Source: Candidatus Woesearchaeota archaeon (GTDB lineage Archaea > Nanobdellota > Nanobdellia > Woesearchaeales > ARS49). From it: a stretch of DNA of 64,000 bases. A model generated the notes under the pieces. That model was not told the DNA's origin and did no database searches. It saw only the letters and a list, made by a program, of their open reading frames with translations. A program made the translations under genes and the position numbers. The stretch spans positions 24,346 to 88,345 of the forward strand of contig QZIM01000023.1 in NCBI GenBank assembly GCA_003599055.1, given 5' to 3'. Below, one piece after another: positions 7,908 through 14,761 of this stretch (within the stretch, counting starts at the first letter, position 1; the number at the start of each line of letters is the position of its first letter).

Positions 7908-10298
7908 TTATCGTACCCTCAAGTAGACCGCAAAGGGCCTGCTGATTTGCGGCAAGTCAGGGCGAATGTCTGCAAGCGTTCTGATAACGTTGTTTCCGTC
8001 TGTGCTGCGCAGGTATCCGCCAAGGACGAATTGTTCATTGTTGATTGCGTAGCCAAGGTTTGCAAAATTGCTTTCAAGTTCCCGCTCGTAACGCGCATTG
8101 TCACTCCTGCTGGTCGGTGCAGGCACGGTTGAGCCGCGCTCAGTTAATGCTTCTGCAATGCGTTCGGCGCTGATGTGGTCTGCCGTAAGTGCGCGAACAA
8201 GGTCGTCGCGGGTTGCATAGGCAGCGTCTGAGCTGATGCCAAGCGCTCTGCGCGCCCGTCTGTTTCCGCCGGGGAATGCTGAGTCAGGTTGGGACGCTCT
8301 GCGTGAGTCGTTTTGCGCGCCTTCTGCTTCTCTGAATCCGACGTATGCGCGCAAATCTTGGTTTGCGTCTGCGCGCAGTTCTGCAAGGACTGCGGTTTTA
8401 AGCGCGTCTCTGTTTGCCGCGGTGTTATTTCGGTTGAATGCGTTGTAGGCGTTCACTCGTGCATTGCTTGCGCGTGTGAGTGCTGCAATGTTGTCGTGTG
8501 CTTCTTGCAGGAGGTTTCTTGTGCCGAGGGCAACAACGGTTCCTTCGGAGGTTTGCGCATAGAAGTTGGTCGCGTCTCCTCTTGCACGGAATTGTGCAAT
8601 GGTGTTGCCTGATGTTTCAACGCGGTATTCGTTTTTGAGGATTCTTCGTGTTTCCTCTGCAAGGGTGTCGCTAAGGGTGAGCGCTTCGTAAGCGGTTGTG
8701 CTTCCGCGCCGGAGCATTCCTTGGCTTTCAATGCGTCTGCCGTTGTTTGCATAGCCGATTTCTCCGGGTTGGCTCATATCTGCGCGGAGGACTTCGCCGG
8801 CAAGCGGCGTGTCAGGGCGGACAAAGATGTTGCGGGGGACGGGCGGAGTGTTTCCAAAGAGGAACACGCCGATTTGTCCTTGTGCCGCGCCGGGATTGTC
8901 ATTTGCGCCGTGAAGGTCAACGGCAACAAGTGCGCCGTCTCTTTTGACGGTGTAGCCAAGGGTGCTGAGCGCGCGCAGTTCGCGAAGTGCGATTGCGTCG
9001 GGCTGTTGTGCAAGTGACTGGAGGTGTTGGAGGGCGATGTTGTCAAGTTCCAATCGGAGTCCGCGTCGTGCGGGCGATGCTGTTCCGAAGAGGAGCTCGT
9101 TCGCGTGCGGGACGGTTTGGTTGGTGCTTGCGATTGCGTATGCGGCAAGGGCGAGCCGGTCTTGTGCGGCAAGCGTGCGGTTTGATTCAATGCCTTGAAC
9201 AATCGCGGTAAGTTCTGTGTTGTTTCCGCGAGCGCTGGTGATTGCAGCGATTGCGGAGTCAATGCTTGCAAGGTATGCGGGTACCGGTGCGGGCGCAGGA
9301 GCTGTTCCTGAGCTGGTTGGCGCAATGCCTGCGGCGGCGTCGGGGAGTGTTGATGTGGTGACTGGTGCAGTGCCGTTTCCGTTTGCGCCGCGATTGCCTG
9401 TTTGATAGACTGCGGTTCCGCCGAGTGCGAGTGCAACGAGTGCTGCTGCAACCCCGCATCCGATTTTGCGGTAAGGTCTGCCTGAGAAGTACCCTGCTGC
9501 TGCAGGCGGTGCTCCTGCGGGTGGTACTGCTGCTCCTCCTGCTGCGGGCGGCGCTGATGGAGGCGTTCCTGCGCTTCCTGCTGCTGAAGATGTTCCTGAA
9601 GGCGGCACTCCTGCTCCGCTTGGTGCGGATTCAACGGTGATTGCGCCTTCTGCTGAGCGGGAAGCTTCTGAGTCAGTCATTGGCCGTGCACGTACGTGGA
9701 CGGGCACAGGCATAATGTCGTCAAGTGATTCTTCTGCAGGTGCGGGTTCTGGAACGGGTTCTGCTGCCGGCGCGGGAGTTCCTGCGGGTGAACTTCTTCC
9801 GGTTCCTTCTTCTAGACTGCGTAATCTGCGTTCAAGACCGGTAATTCGTGCATCAGCTGCTGCAGCTGATACGCTAAGGTCGCCGACTTCTCTTGCAAGC
9901 GAGTCATCAGGGGTAGGGCGCTCCGCGGGTGCTGCGGGGGGAGCCTCGATTGGGGGAATCAGGGGGAGAGGTGCGTTCTCGTCGCCAAAGTCAACGGGCG
10001 GCTGGTCTGATGCAGGTGTGCCTTCAGAAAGGGGAGGAGTTTGCCTTCTTTCAACAACTTCTGCCTGAGGAGACTCAACGGGTTCTGCTGCGGGCGTTGG
10101 TTCAGGGGTTGCTTCTGGAGCAGGAATTGATTCTGGCGCAGGTTCTGCGGTTGGTGCCGGTTCAGGAGCGGGTTCTGCTGTAGGTACTGGTTTTTTCTTT
10201 CTTTTTGGTTTTGCTGATTCAAGACGGTCAAGTTTTGCGTTCAGGTCTGCTTCTTCTGCTTTGAATTCGTTAAGATAGGGGTTGTCGGATTCGCTCAT
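7908..10298 (-). CDS. bitopic protein: Pro/Ala-rich N-terminal region, one TM, ~480 aa C-terminal domain of unknown function
   Basis: 796 aa with (PEPAPTAE)n-like tracts and TM CGVAAALVALALGGTAVY. The start ATG overlaps the upstream stop as caATGA. Confidence 0.55.
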   Translation of the reverse strand: MSESDNPYLNEFKAEEADLNAKLDRLESAKPKRKKKPVPTAEPAPEPAPTAEPAPESIPAPEATPEPTPAAEPVESPQAEVVERRQTPPLSEGTPASDQPPVDFGDENAPLPLIPPIEAPPAAPAERPTPDDSLAREVGDLSVSAAAADARITGLERRLRSLEEGTGRSSPAGTPAPAAEPVPEPAPAEESLDDIMPVPVHVRARPMTDSEASRSAEGAITVESAPSGAGVPPSGTSSAAGSAGTPPSAPPAAGGAAVPPAGAPPAAAGYFSGRPYRKIGCGVAAALVALALGGTAVYQTGNRGANGNGTAPVTTSTLPDAAAGIAPTSSGTAPAPAPVPAYLASIDSAIAAITSARGNNTELTAIVQGIESNRTLAAQDRLALAAYAIASTNQTVPHANELLFGTASPARRGLRLELDNIALQHLQSLAQQPDAIALRELRALSTLGYTVKRDGALVAVDLHGANDNPGAAQGQIGVFLFGNTPPVPRNIFVRPDTPLAGEVLRADMSQPGEIGYANNGRRIESQGMLRRGSTTAYEALTLSDTLAEETRRILKNEYRVETSGNTIAQFRARGDATNFYAQTSEGTVVALGTRNLLQEAHDNIAALTRASNARVNAYNAFNRNNTAANRDALKTAVLAELRADANQDLRAYVGFREAEGAQNDSRRASQPDSAFPGGNRRARRALGISSDAAYATRDDLVRALTADHISAERIAEALTERGSTVPAPTSRSDNARYERELESNFANLGYAINNEQFVLGGYLRSTDGNNVIRTLADIRPDLPQISRPFAVYLRVR

Positions 10299-11848
10299 TG
10301 TTGTTCTCCAAGGGCCTTGTCAACGCGCGCGGCAAGGTCGCGCAGGCTTTGTTTTGAATAGTCGAATGCTTCTTTGAGTTGTGTGCGTTCTGTTTTGATT
10401 GCGGCGTAGTCTGCTTTTTCCGCAAGTTCTGCAGTTTTTGCATCAAGGTCTGCTTTCACCGCATCATACGGTGGGTTTTGTGACCTGAGTGTTTCGCTCT
10501 CTGTTTTGCGGGTTTCGTAGTCTGATTGGCGTTCGAGTTCGCCTGCGAGCCGGTCTTTTTCAGCGACGGCAGCGTCATAGGCTTCTGCCCTGTCTGCAAG
10601 GGCTCCTCTCAGTGCGTCTCGTTCTCCTGCAAGTGTTGCATAGTCCTTGTTTTTGGTTTCAAGTTGTTCTGCAACGCGTGCCTTGTCGGCGACAACGTTG
10701 TCGTATGCGCGGGTTTTGTCTTCGAGCTGTTCGGCAAGTTCTGCTTTTTGTTCGCGCAGTGCGGTTTTGTCGCGCTCAAGTGTTTCGATTGCTGTCCCGC
10801 GTTCTGCGTACTGGCGAATCAGTTGTGCAAGCGGTTCTGCAAGGATGCCGAGTTTTGCTTTTTCGTCGTCAGTAAGTTGTCCTGCTTCGAAGTATGCTGC
10901 GAGGTTGTTTGCAACGTGTTGGTACAGTTCGCGTTGTGCGGCAAGTTCCGCGTTGAGTGTGTCTCCTCTGCGGTTTGCAGTGCCCAGTTGTTCGCCAAGT
11001 TCAGTAACTCTTTCCGTGAGTGTTTGGTTGTTTGCGCTTATTTCTGCTTGTGCGCGAAGGGTTGCTTGGTGTTCGGTTTCAAGGTCGGTGTGTTCTTGGC
11101 GAAGTTCCGAGAGTGCGGTAAAGACGTCCATATGGAGCGCGACTGCTTTTTTGGCGGCTTGTCCGAGTTTGCCGTATTTTTTGACGTCGTCCGCTGCGAT
11201 TTCTCCGTTTTCAATGTATGACGGGAGTTGTCCTGCAAATTCAGTCGCAAGTTGTGCGCGGCGTTGGTACTCTTTGGCTTTTTTGCTCGGCTCTTGTGCG
11301 CGCAGGTCTTTGATGAATTTCCAGTAGTGGTCTACGTCTGCTTGGGTCCAGGGGTGTGTGCCTTGTTTGAGGTCTTCTTTTGCCTGGTCGGGATGCCGAA
11401 CTGCATATTGTAAGAGTGCTGCGATGTCCGTTCTTCGTCTGGACGGGCCTTGGACTGCGGGGAACCGTTTGCCGTCGTTGAACGCGGCTTCAATGTAGGT
11501 GACCCAATCTTTGCTGATGGTTGCGATTTGTTCGGCAACTTCTTGGGTGATGAGTGGTTTGATTGTTTGATAGTCTGCGTCGTTTCCTTTGGGGTTTTGG
11601 CTGAGAAAGTCAACGACTGAGTTGACGTTGTCGTAGAGGTGTTCTTCTTGTTCTGAGGTAAGCGTTGCAAGGTCTTCCTGAGAGAATTCGGGGGTGATGC
11701 CTGCTGCCTGTGCGATTTTGTCGATGACTTCCTGCTGGTTCGCATCGGGGTTTTTTGCGCGCAGTTTGTTCACGATTTCAACGGTGGAGTTGCGGATGAG
11801 TTTGAGCCAGTGTTTTGGGTCTTGCTTGATTTTGTCTTCGAGTGCCAT
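10295..11848 (-). CDS. cytoplasmic coiled-coil protein (paralogous C-terminus to 49493..51229)
   Basis: Heptad-rich, E/A/K/L-rich, with no signal peptide or TM. ATG 11848 is preceded by GGGGGT; the track ORF starts at GTG 11884, immediately next to the TATA. Ends ..QLKEAFDYSKQSLRDLAARVDKALGEQQ*. Confidence 0.55.
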   Translation of the reverse strand: MALEDKIKQDPKHWLKLIRNSTVEIVNKLRAKNPDANQQEVIDKIAQAAGITPEFSQEDLATLTSEQEEHLYDNVNSVVDFLSQNPKGNDADYQTIKPLITQEVAEQIATISKDWVTYIEAAFNDGKRFPAVQGPSRRRTDIAALLQYAVRHPDQAKEDLKQGTHPWTQADVDHYWKFIKDLRAQEPSKKAKEYQRRAQLATEFAGQLPSYIENGEIAADDVKKYGKLGQAAKKAVALHMDVFTALSELRQEHTDLETEHQATLRAQAEISANNQTLTERVTELGEQLGTANRRGDTLNAELAAQRELYQHVANNLAAYFEAGQLTDDEKAKLGILAEPLAQLIRQYAERGTAIETLERDKTALREQKAELAEQLEDKTRAYDNVVADKARVAEQLETKNKDYATLAGERDALRGALADRAEAYDAAVAEKDRLAGELERQSDYETRKTESETLRSQNPPYDAVKADLDAKTAELAEKADYAAIKTERTQLKEAFDYSKQSLRDLAARVDKALGEQQ

Positions 11849-11939
11849 TGATATACCCCCTATATACTCCCGCTGTACCGCCACCCTTATTTAAAAGTTA
11901 CTATTGCTAAGTACTAACTAAATAAATCAAAAAAGAAAT

Positions 11940-13070
11940 TTAATCGTCCCTGCGTGCGGGAGAGTCGCGGTGAAGGAGCGAAAGTCCTGCATAGCCTTCA
12001 ACGCCGTCCTTGTTTTCTGCCGCGCTGTCGTGGAAGTACGCAACGCCGAGGTCAAGGCCAAGGGCGAAGTTATCGCCGCGGAAAAGGACGATTCTTCCGT
12101 CTGCGCCGATGCGGTAGAACAGCCGGTCGTCACTGCGTGACGGTTGGAAGCTAAAGTCGTTTGTTCTGTCGCCGGAGACGATTTGTGCGAATGGTGAAAT
12201 CAGGTGGCCGTCGCGGTGGTAGAAGACGATGCGTGCAAGTCCGCCGTATTGCTGCGTGGTTTCTTCTTCGGTTGCAGGAACGCCCAAGCGAAGTCCGGAA
12301 AGCTCGCGGACCGTGCGGTCGTAACTGCCGCCTGCCTGTATTGCAACGCCCCAATTCTCGCCGCGGTATGCGTCAAGTGAGAGAAGGATTCTTCCTTCGA
12401 TGCCGTTTCCTTCAACGTCAAGGCGCTCTCCTGCGGAGCGGACTTCTGTTTCGCCGCCAAGGTCGATGTGGTAGCCGCCTTCGAGGAGTGCCTGGAACGG
12501 TCCGTAAAAGACAACGACTCTTCCGCGCGGGACTAAGTTGTGGTCAAGGCTGAATTTGACGTCGCCGTCTCGTGATGTGCGTTCGTGCGCAAGGCTTGCG
12601 CCGATGAGTACTCCGTGGGACGGGAGGGTGCGGTCTTGTGCGTCGCCAAGGCGCAGGTTTGCGCCGAGCTGTACGCGGGTGTCAAGGAAAGAATGGTTGA
12701 GGTCTTCGCCGATGCCGTTTTTGCCGAATGTCGCGCGGCCGGAGCCGTCAAGGATGATGGGTGAGTCGCCAAGGCGTGCCATGAATCTTCCGCTGGCTTC
12801 GCCAAATGCGCTGTCGATGTCGCCGCCGCCGCGTACGCGAAGGTAGTCAACGCCGTCTTGGCTGAAGAGGCCGAAGTTGCTGAGGCGGATGCGGTCTTGT
12901 GCGGGTGAATCTTGTCGGGGAGCGGCTGAGCTGTCAACCGGTGCAATGGTCGTGTCAGGTTCGGGAGGGGGCTGGTATGCGTCTTGTGCTTTTGCAGGGC
13001 TGGTGAAAAGGAGAGGCGCTGCGGCGATGGTAGAGATGGCGAGGTTCTTTGCGGTTTTTAGGATGTTCAT
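11940..13070 (-). CDS. secreted beta-strand-rich protein (possible beta-barrel)
   Basis: Signal peptide MNILKTAKNLAISTIAAAPLLFTSPAKA. About 12 amphipathic alternating segments of ~10 aa (VLIGASLAH, VKFSLDH, RVVVFYGPF, GRILLSLDAY, WGVAIQAGGSY, GLARIVFYH, LFYRIGADGRIVLF, FALGLDLGVAYFH, GYAGLSLLH) are separated by G/D/N/R-rich turns. Confidence 0.55.
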   Translation of the reverse strand: MNILKTAKNLAISTIAAAPLLFTSPAKAQDAYQPPPEPDTTIAPVDSSAAPRQDSPAQDRIRLSNFGLFSQDGVDYLRVRGGGDIDSAFGEASGRFMARLGDSPIILDGSGRATFGKNGIGEDLNHSFLDTRVQLGANLRLGDAQDRTLPSHGVLIGASLAHERTSRDGDVKFSLDHNLVPRGRVVVFYGPFQALLEGGYHIDLGGETEVRSAGERLDVEGNGIEGRILLSLDAYRGENWGVAIQAGGSYDRTVRELSGLRLGVPATEEETTQQYGGLARIVFYHRDGHLISPFAQIVSGDRTNDFSFQPSRSDDRLFYRIGADGRIVLFRGDNFALGLDLGVAYFHDSAAENKDGVEGYAGLSLLHRDSPARRDD

Positions 13071-13141
13071 TTTGTTACCCCCAATAAGTGGTTGTTATTT
13101 GGAAAACAGGTCCGCGCCAATATATAAATCTTTGCATTTTG

Positions 13142-13157
13142 ACACCACTCTCAAGTG
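13142..13157 (-). promoter_or_regulatory. palindromic upstream motif (copy 1), ACCACT-N4-AGTG
   Basis: The + strand reads ACACCACTCTCAAGTG, 14 nt distal to the TATA box (13119-13128) of gene 11940..13070. Near-identical copies lie at 37968, 51272 and (degenerate) 14701. Confidence 0.5.
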
Positions 13158-13190
13158 CTAACCCAGAGCGAACAGTCAACCCGTATATTA

Positions 13191-13267
13191 CAACGAACAA
13201 CCGAACATCCGATAACTGACGTCTGATAACTGCTGTCTGATAACCGACAACTGATAACCAACTACCG
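13191..13267 (+). repeat. phased heptanucleotide array
   Basis: ataactg/acgtctg/ataactg/ctgtctg/ataaccg/acaactg/ataacca/actaccg in strict 7-nt phase (13212-13267), preceded by caacgaa/caaccga/acatccg. Contains the TAG stop (cta 13262-13264) of gene 13262..13738. Confidence 0.8.
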
Positions 13268-13738
13268 ATTCGCAGGCCGCAGGCCGCGCAGGTCTTCTTC
13301 TGCCGCTCGCCTGGCGTCGTAGAGTGAGCGAACGGATGTTTCAAGGCTGCGAAGGCGTAAGGAAAGGTCGGAGAGTGTGCGTTCGGCGGTTTCATCGCGG
13401 CCGGCGGATTGGGCGCGGTATTCGTCGATTGTTGCGCGGGTTGCGGCAAGGTCTTGGCGCAGTGCGTCAAGCGCTTGCGTTGTTTCTCTGCGTTCCCGTG
13501 CAAGGTCGATGCGGAGTTGGTAGAGTTCTGCGCGAAGTTCAAGGTCGCCGGTGAGGCGCTCGTAGGTTTCTTGGGCGAGTGCGCGGGTGCTGGGCGGGCG
13601 TTGTGTTTCGAGTGCGGAAATGCGCGAGGTGAGCGCGGCAACGTCTTCGCGTGGTTCTTGCGCGGGCTGCTCAGGAGTTGCAGTACAGCCGATACTGGCA
13701 ATAACAGAGATTATTCCAAGGGAGTACGCGCGTTTCAT
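13262..13738 (-). CDS. lipobox-bearing coiled-coil protein
   Basis: MKRAYSLGIISVIASIGC: signal plus [LVI][AS][GA]C lipobox-like motif. The remainder is R/E/L/A heptads. 4-nt overlap with the upstream gene. Confidence 0.55.
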   Translation of the reverse strand: MKRAYSLGIISVIASIGCTATPEQPAQEPREDVAALTSRISALETQRPPSTRALAQETYERLTGDLELRAELYQLRIDLARERRETTQALDALRQDLAATRATIDEYRAQSAGRDETAERTLSDLSLRLRSLETSVRSLYDARRAAEEDLRGLRPANR

Positions 13739-14658
13739 TTGCGTGCCTCGTCGTATGTTCTGCGCAGGGTTTCAAGTGCGCGCCGTGTTGCTTCAAGTCG
13801 TGATTCGTCTGTCGTGCTGTCGCGAAGGGTGTCTGCGAGGGTGCGGTCAAGGTTTTGTGCTGCGGACATAAATTCTGAATAGGCGCGCGTATCGGCTGAT
13901 TCGCCGGAAAGGATGCGTTCTGCGCGTTCGATGCGCTCGATTGCGGTTGTGAGTCGTGCGCGTTCTTCTGCGGCGATTCTGCGGTCGGCGTAGATTCCGG
14001 TTCCACTTCGCGCATCACCGATGATTGCGCGCATTTGCTCAATGCCGTCGTAAAGGTCGTGCCGTGCGGTCTGCAGGTCGCGTCGGGTGGTGTCGAGTTG
14101 TGAGGTGACTCGGGCGATTTCTGTGCGGTTTTGGTCTGCGCGCGTGTTCAGGTCGGTTTGGATGCGTCCAAGTCTGTCGTCGATGCGCAGGTTCAGGGCG
14201 TTGAGTGCGTCGCGTTGTGCGGTGACAAGCGAGTCGTAGTCGCGCCGAAATCCTGCAAGTGCTTCACGTTGTGTTTGGTCGAGTTGTGAGAATCGCGTTT
14301 CAAAGGTCGTGCGGGTTTGTTCAAGGGTTCGAAGGGCGCCTGCGATGTCTTGTTTTGCCGCGGTGAGTTCTGTTTCAAGGTAGGTGCGGTTGTCGCGTGC
14401 GAGCCGTTCGGTAAGTTCGCGCGTTTCCCGGTTGATTGCGCGGGCGTCTTCAAGGACGTTTTCGTGGAACGCCCGGTCGCGAAGCCAGGGGCCTTGGCGC
14501 ATGTTGCTGTTGATGTCTGCGATTGCCGCAAGGAGTTCTGCGCGGTCTGCTTGGCGCGCTTGCTGCATTTTTGCCTGGTATTCTTCAAAAGTTCCGGAGG
14601 TGACGCAGCCTGCGAGCCATAAAAGTCCTGCGCCTGTGGCAAAAGTCCGACGGTTCAT
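13735..14658 (-). CDS. lipobox-bearing coiled-coil protein (307 aa)
   Basis: MNRRTFATGAGLLWLAGCVTSG (LAGC lipobox-like), followed by about 280 aa of coiled-coil-type sequence rich in R/D/E/L/T. Confidence 0.55.
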   Translation of the reverse strand: MNRRTFATGAGLLWLAGCVTSGTFEEYQAKMQQARQADRAELLAAIADINSNMRQGPWLRDRAFHENVLEDARAINRETRELTERLARDNRTYLETELTAAKQDIAGALRTLEQTRTTFETRFSQLDQTQREALAGFRRDYDSLVTAQRDALNALNLRIDDRLGRIQTDLNTRADQNRTEIARVTSQLDTTRRDLQTARHDLYDGIEQMRAIIGDARSGTGIYADRRIAAEERARLTTAIERIERAERILSGESADTRAYSEFMSAAQNLDRTLADTLRDSTTDESRLEATRRALETLRRTYDEARK

Positions 14659-14700
14659 AAGGCGAACGGATGGTGCCCATTATAAAAATGTTGCGTTAAG

Positions 14701-14715
14701 TACCACTATCAAATG
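14701..14715 (-). promoter_or_regulatory. palindromic upstream motif (degenerate copy)
   Basis: TACCACTATCAAATG matches CACCACTCTCAAGTG at 12/15 positions. It lies 11 nt distal to the TATA (14679-14690) of the 13735..14658 operon. Confidence 0.35.
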
Positions 14716-14761
14716 ATAACTGAAGAAAAGTTTATAAGTGACAGGATAGCAGGGAGAGGAT

